Positions 11,950 through 25,569 are shown, numbered from the stretch's first letter. The stretch: DNA of 64,000 nt from Azolla caroliniana (GCA_043228905.1 JBHGNT010000014.1:20150001-20214000), one strand, 5' to 3'. Translations and numbers: made by a program. Notes: generated by a model not told the origin, from the sequence alone.

Positions 11950-14589
11950 TCAAGCATCAAAACTTACAGAGAGACTTTGGGAAACAGCACATGCATGCAT
12001 GCATGCATACATACACAATAGACATATTGACATACGTACCTTCTCAAATGATAAATCTCCGATTAAGGTACTGACATAACCTTTCATGAAACCACAAATC
12101 CGTAGCTTCCGTAAGTGCCGACATATCTCCTGAAGGAGTGTAGTCTCAACATCTCGGTGCTTCAACAAACACGTCACATCTCTAACAATACTTCGGTCCG
12201 TCTCGAGAGCTTCTAGCCTCGATATAAGTTGTTGAGCCACGTTCGTTTCCTTGTGATTATTATCTATACTCGAATCCATATAATCTGATCCAGATCCTAG
12301 ATATTCCCCCTGACCAAGTGATTCTTTGACTATATAGAGTGCCACATTATCATATCCTCGATCATCACACTTACTTTTCTCCTCAACAGGTAAGGCAGAG
12401 TGCACCTCATATTTATCATGAATAGGTAAAGATCCTTCATTTAGATCTTCCTCCCGCCCACTACTTTTATGGCTGATCAAAGAAGCCTTAAAATCCCATA
12501 ACTCGGTATTCATTTCATAACATTCACCTTGAGTTTTATATGATTTTAGACCCCTCTTTCGGATAATCTCTTCATCATTCTCATGGAGAGTTTGGAGTTG
12601 TTCTTCTAATAACCATAAGCGTTCAAGAATGTGTTGTATGTTATTGTCACAGCCACTGAAAACACTATTAACTTCTCTAGAGCACACTTCAAGATTGTCC
12701 ACTATAGAAACCAGCTCCGCTTTCTCATTAATCTTGTTGTATGTCAACAAATTCTTTGGGGAATGCATGATCAACCTATTACGAACCACTTGTGCAAAAA
12801 GCCTTTCCTTATAGAGTTCTATTTCCTTCTCTAACGCAAGGTTCTCCCTCTCTCTTTTCAGAAGGCTTTCTTTCAAGAATGTGATGGCCTCGCCATCATA
12901 ATTCGCTTTCTCCTCAAACATTCTTTGTAGTTGTGCTACCTCCATTTGCATAGCCGATTTCTCTTCTTGAAGACGAGATATCATGGCCATTGCTTCACTA
13001 GTGGCGATCGCCGATGCATTTCTTTCATTCTCGAGCTCAGCTTCTAAAGAAGCTAATGTTGCTCTTTCTACCTTCAGAGCCTCTTTCAAGGAATTTAAAC
13101 CTTCCTCACCATAGTCATCATCCACAAGATGATTCTCATCTTTCTCTTGAACTTCCAAAGAGAAAACGCCCTTTTCTACAAGTTCTGATGTCCTCTTTTG
13201 TACATTATCATGCTTTTCTTTAAGCAGGGCATCGAAAGACAAACTTACTTCCTTTTTCTCCACGGCATCTTCGCCATTACCCAAACTATCTATTTCTTCC
13301 GTTCTCTTCACGAATATATCATCACCAAAGCATTGTGAAGATGGTTGTGAGAACGTTTCAGACTTGCTCGTCTGATCCAACCCACAAAGAAGCAATGGAA
13401 TCTCAAATAGTTCTTCACTCATATCATCATCAACACCACTCCAAGTTCCATCATGGTATGAAGAAGCATCAGCCCTACCATCATCACTAAATGATTCTAT
13501 CTCCAAAGCATCATTCACATGAATGGGGCCACGATCTAATAATTTTGAGGAATCCCTTTGAATGTACATTTTCACACGTCCCAACCTTCTAGAGTCTCGA
13601 TGAATTTTATCATCCTTAGAAGGCATGTAGTTAAGTTCTTCCCTCTTCAAACACTCCAATTGTCTCTCGTTTTCATGAGATTGTTTTTTTGGACTACAAG
13701 AATCATTTTGAAGTGGGCCCATTTCATGTCCCTCAAACCTTACTTTGCGGTCATTGATTTCAAGGGAGCCCACATCATGGCCATAAAAACTGACATCTTG
13801 GGCATCACTATTTTGAAGTGAATCCACATCATGTCCATAGGAAGCCAAGACTTGGCCATCATTTTGAGGCGAGGCCACAATACATTCCTCAAAATCCATT
13901 TCTTGACCATCATTACCAATTAAACCCACATCACACCCATAAAAACCCTCATCTTGGGGACCCTTTTTTAAAAGCAAACCCATATTATGTTCATCAGAAC
14001 CTGGTTGTCGCTTATAATTTTCATGTGAATCCATATCATGGTCATTGTTATGAAGCGAACCCACATCTTGGTTATCTATCTGAAGGGTACCCACATCATG
14101 GACATGAAAACAGATATCATGGCCTTCACTTTGAAGTAAACCCACATCATTTTGAGGTGGACCTACATCAATTCCTCTACTTATAGGGCGGTCTTCTATG
14201 CAATGTCTACTACATGCATTGGAACGGACCACATCATTTCCACTATTTTTAGCCTCCTTTACATTGCCATGCCCATCTTTAACCAAAAATCTATCGTGAG
14301 CGATGGTGCCATTGCGGGAAAAAGAGAGGCCCTTGTAGCAAAAAGGGCTAACAATGTTTTTCTTTTCGTTGTCTGATTTTAAAAAATGGTCACAATGGAG
14401 GGATCTGTGCGAGCATCTCATAAATGTGCAAGGAGGGTCCAACCCCGAGATCTTCACCAGGAATGACATAACCAGGGAAAGAGATAAAGAAACAAGTAAC
14501 ATGAAAAGCAAAAGAATCTCCATAGTTGCAGATATAAAGGCAGAGAATCTCCAAGGATCTTCTTCATAGCGGGTTAGTGGTGTTTCCAT
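11950..14589 (-). CDS. Myosin-binding protein (MyoB) family / GTD-binding (zein-binding, DUF593) domain protein
   Basis: 879-aa ORF with an N-terminal hydrophobic segment followed by LDPPC...C (typical MyoB N-terminus). The domain LKEALKVERATLASLEAELENERNASAIATSEAMAMISRLQEEKSAMQME...YD...KRERE...LEKEIELYK lies at ~13100-12810, and C-terminal RLEALETDR...LLQEICRHL follows. A donor AG|GTACGT at 12040 suggests the real C-terminus is spliced (candidate 32-nt exon 11928-11897, then an exon starting near 11680). Confidence 0.85.
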   Translation of the reverse strand: METPLTRYEEDPWRFSAFISATMEILLLFMLLVSLSLSLVMSFLVKISGLDPPCTFMRCSHRSLHCDHFLKSDNEKKNIVSPFCYKGLSFSRNGTIAHDRFLVKDGHGNVKEAKNSGNDVVRSNACSRHCIEDRPISRGIDVGPPQNDVGLLQSEGHDICFHVHDVGTLQIDNQDVGSLHNNDHDMDSHENYKRQPGSDEHNMGLLLKKGPQDEGFYGCDVGLIGNDGQEMDFEECIVASPQNDGQVLASYGHDVDSLQNSDAQDVSFYGHDVGSLEINDRKVRFEGHEMGPLQNDSCSPKKQSHENERQLECLKREELNYMPSKDDKIHRDSRRLGRVKMYIQRDSSKLLDRGPIHVNDALEIESFSDDGRADASSYHDGTWSGVDDDMSEELFEIPLLLCGLDQTSKSETFSQPSSQCFGDDIFVKRTEEIDSLGNGEDAVEKKEVSLSFDALLKEKHDNVQKRTSELVEKGVFSLEVQEKDENHLVDDDYGEEGLNSLKEALKVERATLASLEAELENERNASAIATSEAMAMISRLQEEKSAMQMEVAQLQRMFEEKANYDGEAITFLKESLLKRERENLALEKEIELYKERLFAQVVRNRLIMHSPKNLLTYNKINEKAELVSIVDNLEVCSREVNSVFSGCDNNIQHILERLWLLEEQLQTLHENDEEIIRKRGLKSYKTQGECYEMNTELWDFKASLISHKSSGREEDLNEGSLPIHDKYEVHSALPVEEKSKCDDRGYDNVALYIVKESLGQGEYLGSGSDYMDSSIDNNHKETNVAQQLISRLEALETDRSIVRDVTCLLKHRDVETTLLQEICRHLRKLRICGFMKGYVSTLIGDLSFEKVRMSICLLCMYACMHACAVSQSLSVSFDA

Positions 14590-15272
14590 GATGAATCAGG
14601 AATGGGAAAAAGAAATTTAACATAAGAATAAAGAAGCAAAAGGAGGGGACTTTTTTCCACAGTGGTAACGAGACGATTTATCTACTACTCTGTTGTTTCA
14701 CAGAGAGAGGGAGAGAGAGAGGGAGAAAGAGAGGGAGCGGGAAGGGCCGAAAGGAAGATAGAGTAAAGACAAAAAGAAAAGCAAAAAACAGGGCATCTTG
14801 ATTATCTTCTGGGATCGGATATAGAAAATCCATGGCCATAATAAACAGGAAGGAAGAGGCAAATGTTAATGTGTGTACTGACCTGACCGTTGGCTTCTCT
14901 GTTCTGTAAATCCATGGCCATGGATGAGCATGAGGATGAGGATGATGATGACATTCTCTGAGATAGAGAGAAGGCATGAATCACCATATATCAAATATGT
15001 ATGTATGTACATATTTTCTTCATCATATCATTATCATTTGGATGAAATTTTTTTCTTTTGATTTTTGGGTCCCCAACAGTTGCCATGCAAAACCCATGCC
15101 TTCCCAAAATACAAAGCAAAAAACAAAGCTTCCTTCTTGTCATGTGAAATGCCACACTCCACACACATTCACATAATATGAATATGATATGATATGTTAT
15201 GATATGATTATTGATATGTACATATAATGTATATATATCTCAAAGTTATATCGCTTTCTGTGTGGTATAGCA

Positions 15273-15300
15273 TAGCCCCTAGCCCCTAGCCCCTAGCCCC
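15273..15300. repeat. (TAGCCCC)x4 heptamer tandem repeat
   Basis: Four perfect units read directly from the sequence. Confidence 0.9.
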
Positions 15301-17256
15301 TGTAGAAGTGTGGCCTGGTGAAGGAGCTATATACCGACTCCCTAGATCTGCATTCCTCATAACAAGATTCGGATCCTTCTGCATCACAAGTACCCGCACC
15401 GATTGCATGCATGTCATGTCGGTAGCACTCTCACACCTCCATCCCCATCTCCACCACGATATAATCCCCCACACCCTAAATAGCCGACCTAGAATGCACC
15501 GGAAACCACTCTCGTGTTAGACTCCACCCATGTGGGTAATGTTATTCCCAAATACAACTTTGAAGAGGTGCACCTGTTATATACAAGAGTTACTGAACCC
15601 ACATACGTGTCAAGCCTCTTCAACCCAAGGCCAAGTAACCCGCCCCGTTAGTGCTTATCACTACTTATCGTGGTCGACCCTTCTATAACCACGTAGTATG
15701 CAAGTTTGGATCATTGATGAGGACACGACCAACGAGGAGTGGTCAAACCTAGGTTTCAACTCACGTAGACAACCCAGCCAAAGGAATGGCAGTTTTATGC
15801 TTTGTGCTACCCAATGCTGATACACCATTTAATATTTACATGTATGCAATCACTTTCTTATGTCAAGTTGTATGCTAAGAGGATTTTGCTCCATTGACTA
15901 AACATAATATTCAACAAAAGAAAACTAAATATCTAGGTTGATGAATGAAAATGATTGTTTCTAAGATCGTTTGAGAAAGCTTAGTTAGGACTTCATGTTG
16001 ATTGTTTACTATTATACTATGTTTAAAATAACTCGGCTTCCTACTTTATAGAGATGTCAATTACTCTAGAGTTGTTTGAATCGTATACACGCTAGTCTTC
16101 ATGTCAATGGTTGATCAAGGTTTGAACAATAACAACCAAATTGCCACATGAGAATGACATTCCCTAGTATATAAGGAAATATCGTTGTCTTTGTACATTG
16201 ACACAATTCCATTTTGTATTACATGCATTCATATCAAGCTTGAACCTTACATTTTTTGCTATGTCTAAGAGGGTAAATCATAATCGACTTCATCTTTGCA
16301 TAAGTTATAAATTAATATATTTCCATGGTTTTGGTAGTTTACATGGTTCAAGTTTTATGACACATGATTCAAAAGCATGTATTAGCTTGACAAAATAGTG
16401 GCCATTGTAGGTAATGTATCATCTCTTCATTATCATGACAAAGAGATTGGTATGTGCTCAAGTGTAATGAAACAATTTCGAGAATAATATACCTAAGTCA
16501 AGAGTATATGTACTCTTGATGCCTTTGAATCATAATAGAATGAAGCTTATGAAAAAAGAAACACTTATTTCCAAGGACGGTAGGTGAATCTCTTTAAGTG
16601 AAAAGCATGCATCAAGTGCACGTAATCACAACATTAGCATGAATGCAAACTCTAGCAACTCATTGTAGTTTAAAATCAAACAATCTTGAAATTTTCTTTT
16701 GTTTCACAAAACATTTAAATATGGCAGTTAACCAAAAGGACATCAAGACAAACGTAAATTCAATGGCTCTTGAACAACATTCGAAGTTCAAGGTAAGGCA
16801 CTCATGTGTTACACTATCAACATGTATGTCGGACATTTAATATAAGTACGATGTATGAATGAGTACATATGTATTAATAAAAGCTATCGTTTTTTTGGTT
16901 TGTATATATTCAGGAAAAACGAATGGGGAGAATGCATATATTTGGATACATCTTAACTTTTCACCCACATGGATAGGTGTCAAGTTCCCCTTGACACTTT
17001 TGCAACAAACATAACTTTGCTCATCTAAATCGGCTGCCCATGGGAACCCTAACTTTTAGTTGTCCCCAAGACTAGTCTTGAATATAGGGTATTGTAACCT
17101 TGATAACAAAGTATGCATGCATGTATAGCACTCTCCAAAATTTTACCAAATGTGAATTTAAACACAGTTTGCTTCTACATGTGGCTTTTTCAATTCAACG
17201 ACAACAACAATTGTAGCACACATGACATCCATTAACGCATATGCAATGTGCATTCA

Positions 17257-17590
17257 CTCAAATATAGTTGACATGATCAAATAGATCTCACTAAAATACC
17301 CAAAAAAATACAAGAGATTTAACAAAAGCACCAAAGATATCATGTATGCTAAAAAATTGGATGTCTATTATTTATACATTACTGGAAAGTTATAAATCTT
17401 TTGAGCCCCTCATATCAATGATTCTCAAATATAGTTGACATGATCAAATAGATCTCACTAAAATACCCAAAAAAATACAAGAGAGATCACAAAAGCACCA
17501 AAGATATCATGTATGCTAAAAAATTGGATGTCTATTATTTATACATTACTGGAAAGTTATAAATCTTTTGAGCCCCTCATATCAATGATT
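17257..17590. repeat. 167-bp near-perfect tandem duplication downstream of API5
   Basis: CTCAAATATAGTTGACATGATC...ATCAATGATT starts at 17257 and again at 17424. Confidence 0.9.
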
Positions 17591-18404
17591 TCATTATTTA
17601 TTACCTTCCAAAGTCGGTGCAAATGGTTAAACTTGTCATTTGTCAGTCAACTACTTTCTGTGCATGAAAGTCATTTAGAACTTGACATGATGGTCATTTA
17701 GAGCTTTCTTAACCATCGATTTAAAATGGAAAGAACTTCACAAACAAGACTACAGTAAACCATCATTTAACTTCACATACGATAACTCCAGCAAACCCTA
17801 ACAGCCGTTTTGCAGCTTTTTTGTAAAAAATGTCTCACATTTTGTAATCAAATAAATAAAACAGTAAAACAAACATAACTAATTCATAAGAAAAGCAAAG
17901 AATGATAACAAGAGATGTATGGTAAGTAAGGTGCAAATAAGAAAACAGATAAAACCCTAACATTAGTTTTGCTAAGTAATTGATTAAGTAATAATACAAT
18001 CTTCCCATAAACTAAGAAAATGCAGCAAACATTAGTAAGCTCTTGTCGTTTTAACCATCCTTGAAACAAAGCAGGGATACAGTCTTTCTCCTGAAATGTT
18101 TTAGACTGCACAGGTTCCACGTAATAGTTCAGTCTGATGTTCCACGTTCTTCTCTTCTTGCTTGGCATTTACTTAAGAAAATTATACGTCAGCTCTGCCA
18201 ATGAGAAATTAAAGATCTTCTTACCCGTAATACTGCAAAAGTGTGAAACATAGACCCAAAACTCCTCTCCATATACATAAAAATTCTTTTGGACGCTCCA
18301 CATCTCAAAAGACATGCTTGTGCAGTTGTTACATGGGCATATATATCCTTTAAATGCTGAGAGGAAGAAAGCAAATATAAAAGATAATTTTACTCAACCC
18401 AATT

Positions 18405-21400
18405 TCACCAAAATCCACGACCTCTCCCTCGACCCCTTCTACCACCTCTGGAACCTCTATATGATGATCCTCTATCCCCACGAGATAGTCCAGCTAATGC
18501 ACGGTTTACTAGAGATGGAGGAGCATCACCACTACGCACTCTCTTTACATTAGCTCCATTCTCTGGTCCTGAGGTTTCTCGTTTGCTATAAATATGCATA
18601 CAAACAGATCAATAATTTGAAGAAAACAAGAAAATATACTCGAAATTTGTTAAGATATTATATATAGAAATAAAAACTATTTGGAATAATTATACTTCCT
18701 GATGTCGGTTTGAACTGCTTACCTTCCGTTTGTTGTAGTGGCCAATGGCGACAGTTTGGCAGCTTCTTTCCATGATAAATTGATCCTTTGATCACCAATG
18801 AATGTTGGAGCTTTCTGGTGTAGTGGCTGACATTTTTTTGTGCAATGGCCTTGTTAATCCCCTAGTAATTTGAGAGTCCCAAACGTCTTTATCTTTTAAA
18901 TGTTGAACTTACCTTTGTCAATGATAGAATATTATTGCAAGTCCTCATTCCAGACAATGTCTTCGCTTGTTTAGCTCTCTGCATATTTAAGGTAATTAAT
19001 ACGAAGCCAGTTACAACTAGTGTCTTATACTTAGTGAACTGAAGTGACAAATCAGGATTACCACATCAATCTTTGTTGCCTCATCCTTAGCAGCAGACAT
19101 GGCCTTTCCAAACTCACCAACACCTTGCGTCAGCTTTTTGTTGGTAGCTTTAGCCAATTCTTCAACTATAGTCAACCTAATGGAAAAAGTAAAATGTGTT
19201 TGCAAGATAATTATATTGGGAAAATGTCTTATATACACCTGAGTTTTCGTGCCTCCTCAAAATACCCCTGAGTTTTCACTATTTTCCTAAACACCATGGT
19301 CAACCCCTAAAAGAGCATGAATATGAGTTATCTGAACAATTATATGCTTAGTTCATCCTGTTCTTCTCTCTTTGAAGGGTTGATACACAGTATTAGGGGA
19401 AATGACAAACGTTACAGGTATCTGAGGGAATAAACAAAAACATGGGAGATCTCAAAGTCTTTTCCTAATCTATTCAACCAAGGTAGACATGTTATTATAT
19501 TTTCGTGTAGTTGGTAAAAAGTGCCTGATAAGCTTGACTCTACAGTAACTACATACCTCTCTGTAAAATCTTTGAATAATTCAGAGAAATCTTCTCCTAA
19601 TCTATCAGATGGTTGACCCGTCACAATCTTGTACCCACATAAGCTGTTGGTTGTATTGGGTGTCTGACAAAAGACATATGATGCTTAAGGACTGGTTCTC
19701 AAATGCATTCATGATTCTTGTATGATATGACCATTATGCTTACCTTATTTGCAAGTTGATGGAAAGTATACAGAAGACACTCCACAAATGTGTAGTTAAA
19801 TTCATCAATTGTTTTCTTTTTAGGCATGTACGTCTGTCAAAAAAGGTGCTTCAGAACATAAACAGGCAGCATAGCAACATGCACAAAATTGAGAAAGGAT
19901 GGTTTTTACAGCCCATGTATACCTTTAAGAGCTGTAAAATAGATGGAAGTAAGTGCCTTGCATCTTGTGCAGTTATGTGAGGAGAGCTTTCTGCAATATT
20001 CTTTAATAAATCAAGCTTTTTCTCCTCCGATAGCTGAAATAACGCCCAATCAATACAATAAAATCTCACATATAGCAAAAAACTAGCGTTAAAAAATATC
20101 GCAATTTACAATTTGAAAGTTAACATTGCAGACCTTATCAAATACCGGGAGCAAATTTTTGTTGATATAATTTAGAAACTTGCTATTTGAGGCTCCCCTC
20201 TGAAAGTGATACACGTATATTTTGTAGTTACTATGTAAACAATAGTCTAAGGATAGAATGAGGTGAATGTAATAATGATATCTACCATATAAATTGGAAT
20301 AGCCAAGTATAAGCAAGACATAAGCCTGTCTATGTGATCTGTATCAGAAACCTGGAAAAGTAAAATAATACTCATCAAATTTTCTTAATGAAGATGCCAA
20401 ATGATGCATAAGCTTTTTTAAGATAATTTTCTTACATTGAACTGAGCATCTAAATCTGCTTGACCCTCTACAACTTCAAGTAACTCTTGGATTCGCTCGG
20501 GAGATGCCTTCTCCCCAAATATAGAAAGACTTCTTAAGAAATCCATAAACATCTTGAATTCTGCCCCTGTGACATCTTGTAGGCACTGAAAAAACAAGGC
20601 ATCAAACAAGTTGAGCCGTGCAATTATAGAGAAATGCAGAACACAAGCCTTGAGAATACGTTTTTACCTTTTTTATAAGGTCAGTAATATGTCTTTCCAT
20701 TTCTTCTTGGGGTTTCAGCAACTCTCCTTTCAAAGGGAATACCTGTTCACACAAAGATTCACACAGAATGCTAAAAACGAATTATCATACTGTATTGTGA
20801 AATGTTAGCACCATTTTTACCTTATCCTTCAAGAAAATAAGAACTTTATCCCGAATATTCTCATCAGATTTCTCAATGTGCTCAAACAGTGTCGTCAAAG
20901 ATGCTGACAAGACCAAATTCTTAAATTAATTTTAAAGGAATTAACTTTATAGATGTAACCATTGAACCAAACCAATCCACGATACCTTTTACATCTTGCC
21001 GAAGAAGCGACATCAACGCTTTCTGCACAGCATCTTTCTCCAAGCTTTCCTCTAAACAAAACCAAAAGTATTCTATTTGTCAGACGATTAATCAAAACTA
21101 CAAGACATTTCTTTTATAAATTTCTTTTTAAACAGCAATCTATGAACACTTCTGTCAGAGTTTTACTTTGAGATCAGTACTCATAGAGATTTCCATAGAT
21201 TGTAATAAAATCAATTCATGCAAATAGCATATAATTAATCCAAACAACAAACTCATATGGATAAATTTAAACAACATAATCTTTGCCACCATGATGCCAG
21301 GAGAGAGCCTTTACAGGAGTCCAAGATGAAGATAAAAGGGTAGAAAACCATAGAAAACCAGATAAATGTTTCTCATGCTATTCAGTGCGACACAAATTTT

Positions 21401-24400
21401 CAATGCCAAGTTTTAAAACAATAAATGAGGTTACTTTTTAAATGTGTTTCCTAAGGCTACTACACATAGTAACTCATTTTTATTTACTGTGAATGTAAAT
21501 CTTAAAACTTGGACAACATTCTCTTCTCTGCAAGAATCGAGCACCAACAACGTCCTCTGCCCATAGAAAAATAAAAGCATCTTATTCATTTTCATAATCA
21601 CTTCCCCAACCTTTGCCATCATCTCTTAATCATTGGTTGCCGTGGATTTCCAGCAATTTGAAATTCTACAAGAACAAAAACTCTTTTTGCCTTCTATATC
21701 TCTATATTATTCAGAAGTCCATGCTAACTTATTTCTCTCTAACGTGGAAATTTTTGCTATTCCTTCTAATCTTTCCCTACTTATCTCTAAATTTATCATC
21801 ATTGGCTTCTATGCTAGACCCGTAACTTAAAACTCCTGAAGTTTCCCACTTTGTCAATTACTTATTGATAAATGGGTATCATAAATTAAAACGCCATGAT
21901 GGAGAGAGATATTTTGTTCTGTAAAACTACAAAAAGTTTAATACTCCCATCTTCTTTCTGACTTTCGAAACAATTTCCCTCATTTCCATTTTCCCTTGGA
22001 GTTTCCAGCTACATACAAAACAAAATAGATCATTTCTGGTGTATACGTGTAAAAAAAGGGTATACCTAATAAATAACCAGATTATCTACTTACTAATTGA
22101 AGTTAGAATTAAACTTCATGCACACTCAAATTAAAATTAATAAGATCATAAACTAGTTTATTTGAAAACAATTGCTTCAATTTTACAAAACAGCAAAGCA
22201 GTTATTTCTTGCATATTATGTAGATTTATACACTACAGGTTCATGCTTACACTCAAATTAAAATTCATAAGATCATATACTAGTTTACTTGAAAAACCAT
22301 TTTGTTTCAATTTTAGAAAATGGCAAAGCAGTTATTTCTTGCATATTATGTAGATTTATACACTACAGTTTCATGCATATACTCAAATTAAAATTCATAA
22401 GATCATATACTAGTTTACTTGAAAAATCATTTTGTTTCAATTTTAGAAAATGAGCTGGTATTTCTTGCATAATATGTTGATTTATTTACTGCAGCTTGAA
22501 ACCACCTTTGATGTAATTGATACTTGGTTACAAGTAACATGCTTGAATTTTATTTCATAAGTTTTATAGAATACCGTTACTAATGTCCATTCAAGGACAC
22601 AAGAACATGAAATTCTCAACGCAGTATTTTTAATAGAATGAGAACCTTCAATCAATGCCACAATAATAATCAACAAACTAAACATTATACACAACATTAA
22701 CTTAAGTAACACTACATTTCGAACTCAGCACACCTGCAAGCAGTAATTGTCCCAGTACATCAGCTATTTTTGGTAAATGTCGAGGAGTATCTTTGCAAAG
22801 CAACGGTAGGCCACGAATCGCCTGTACTCTTATCTGCATAAAACTTGATCAACATGAGAAAATGTTTCGTTGCTACATTATACACCTCCCTGGAGTGAAT
22901 AAGAGGGGGAATTTGAAGTTAAAGAAAATACTTGCTGGCATTCAGCAATATGACAATAAATGAAATGGGATTTGGAGAACCTGTCTTCCAATACAGAAAA
23001 TAAGTGCTAGCTTAAATGTCTACAAAACTTTTAAAGATCAGCCTGGTTAATGTCTAATGGAACAAAAACGGTGATGCAAAACTCACTCTATATATTAATA
23101 ATTATTTGATACTCCCAGACCCAAATTTGAAATATAAAGTGGTTATGCAAAAAAGGGATTATTGTTGGAACAGAAAAGAGCATAGCAACCATCTGCCTGG
23201 ATATAATGCAACGAACATCTTCGATGTCAAAAATCCATCAAATCATACCAATGAACAGACATTGTTGTCAGATGTTGGTTAGGACTTCATTTACTAACTC
23301 GCTAGTTCCCTGACCCCACTGCAGTTTGGAGCATAGGAGAATAGTTCAATAAATTCTGACACTGGTTGAACCCTGCTGAAGTATATCTTTATATTCACTC
23401 ACTAATTCTGAAGCCCAGATTAGAGACAGTAGTTGTATTGTGATCTAATATATAGTACCTACTGCTGAAAAATGTATGTAATCAGAATCCCTTGAAGAAA
23501 GACAGATTTGTGTTCTGTCTTAGGGTGCCAAAATCCAACTGGCAGTTGTTCATGATCTCAGATGAACGGAAAATACTTTAGTTGCACTACAGTTACAGCT
23601 TTCAATCAGAACCTTCAGATTTTCTTGCCAATACCTACTGCAGCTCATTAGGATGAGTGACAAATAAGAGAGATAGAAACACAACAGATCTACAGATCTT
23701 CGCCACAAGAGATCATCTCATATACTGAACTTTTTCCTCAAGATTCCTTTAGCATGAAGAACACTTTGCAACTATAATAAGTAGCACCTCCAAATACATC
23801 CCTAAACCACAAAATGTGTGTGTTTCTTCCATTGAACAGAAGGCAATGATTCATTCTGAAAAGAGAAGACTTTATGCTGATGATTGTATTAGGAAACAGC
23901 TCCATCATTCTCCAGTAATATATGCATGGGAAATATCAGAATGACATTGAGAAAGCAATGGACGATGTTTCTTTGATCTCTTCTGACAAATCTTATATAT
24001 CTTAACAAATACCCATACTTATTCTGACAACGAATAAAGGTTTTCTCGATCCTAAATTCAAAGAAATGCTTAGTCGCTTTGCTTTTTCTTGGGTCACTTC
24101 CAACAACTCTCATGCATTCTTAACAAAAAAGTCAAATACTTATTCTCAATTGCAATGTGAATGCATAATTAGGGACTTTGCTTCGACCACCTTTGATAAA
24201 GCATGGATTATGGTATCTAATTCACCATACAAGAGCTTGCTCTTGAAATTTTTCATGTCCATTGACACTGAGGCCATCCATCTGGCATTTTCCACCTCAA
24301 TGTTTACGGGGCCAAGACCATCATCATCTGCTTTCTTTCGAGTAAAGGAAAAGCATCCGAGCAAAGAAAAAAACAACTCACCCCCAGCTCATCTTCTTCG

Positions 24401-25567
24401 CATAAATCCAGTTGTGCATTGATAGCTTCTGATGAAAGATTCGGGAAGTGTTTGAAGAAACGTGGAATAAGCTGTGCAGCAAGCTGCTTAGATTTGCTAC
24501 TCCCTTTGGCTGCTGAAATAATGCCAACATAGTCGCTCTCATCCTGTAATTTAATCATATCACGGATAAGTAAGAAATTATAGTTCAAACAACGAATAAG
24601 CAAGATCTAAACATACATTTTGCTTCTATTATAATCTCATGTGGCCACGTTGAGATAACACCAAAGAAATGCAAACTGATCATTTCAGTAATATATTATG
24701 AAAGCACAGGAATTCTTTGCAGAGAATCCAAAACTCCACAAAATAGAATTTCCTTCTCAGAAAAGCTTTAAATAACCACCTAAACATGCAGAAATTTCGA
24801 ATTCCCAACTGTTTAAGCAGAAGCCTTTATGAATAGTACAGCTATTTCTAGGACGCTACAGTTTAATTTTCTAGTTTCCTTGGAAATTCGGAAGTAAAAC
24901 AAGAAAACATAGGAAAATAATGACATGAGTACATAGAGTAGAGAACTGTTTTGCAGAGTGTCCAATTTCCTTCACAATAAGAAGGGCATTTTAAAATAGG
25001 CAGAGCTTTTGCGAAAGCAGTATGCATACAAACTGAGAAGAAATAATTGGAATATAAAGCTTTCTCCATCATAAAACGGCATTCTCATGAAGGCATTTAT
25101 GGGCCTTGAGAAACATTCCTAAATGCAATGGACATGTTTGAAAAACGTTTTTTTCATTGAACAGCATGATCTGTCTGTGTGTGTGTGTGTGTGTTTTGGA
25201 TACAAGAATGCAGAAAACTTCTGTATCATATTCACGAATGCAAAAAAGGCATTTCAAATGAAGGAGATCTCATGACCTCATAATTCGTCTGCATCCAAAA
25301 TCCTGAATAAATTATTTGCAAATTACATCTACTTTCCTTCACAAAAGGAGTGATTATACAAGGAGAGGAGATTTTTTAAGAACTCCTTATAAAACCATCT
25401 TCGAATGTTAAGGCTCTGAGAGACAGTTTTCCTGTTGGTTAAAAAAGCAGAAAAGAAAATACAGAGAGAACTTTTTCTGACTTTACCTTGGTTCCAGAAG
25501 TTTCTGCGAGGCGCTGGCCGAATTCATACAACTTCTCTACCACCGCAACTTCGTCAGGTTGAGCCAT
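18405..25567 (-). CDS. API5: Apoptosis inhibitor 5-like protein, 16 coding exons, 540 aa
   Basis: GT-AG exons: 25567-25487, 24543-24382, 22833-22734, 21051-20986, 20903-20821, 20742-20668, 20585-20436, 20351-20286, 20199-20134, 20033-19923, 19833-19744, 19663-19557, 19176-19062, 18978-18913, 18826-18723, 18585-18405. They sum to 1623 nt in one open frame. Diagnostic peptides: EKLYEFGQRL, KQLAAQLIPRFFKHFP, DLCEEDELGIRVQAIRGLP, QDVTGAEFKMFMDFL, VECLLYTFHQL, GYKIVTGQPSDRLGEDFS, LSWKE, and an RG-rich C-tail. Confidence 0.95.
22115..22485. repeat. ~127-130 bp x3 AT-rich tandem repeat in API5 intron 3
   Basis: ACTCAAATTAAAATT.ATAAGATCATA recurs at ~22124, 22251 and 22381. Confidence 0.9.
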
Positions 25568-25569
25568 GG

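Noticed and set aside
23100-23900. Intronic snoRNA or other ncRNA in API5 intron 2
   Set aside because: No convincing C/D box pair with a terminal stem or H/ACA layout seen by eye.
24146-24376. 76-aa ORF immediately after API5 exon 2
   Set aside because: It lies within intron 2, the API5 frame is complete without it, and it has no recognisable homology. An alternative exon cannot be excluded without RNA data.
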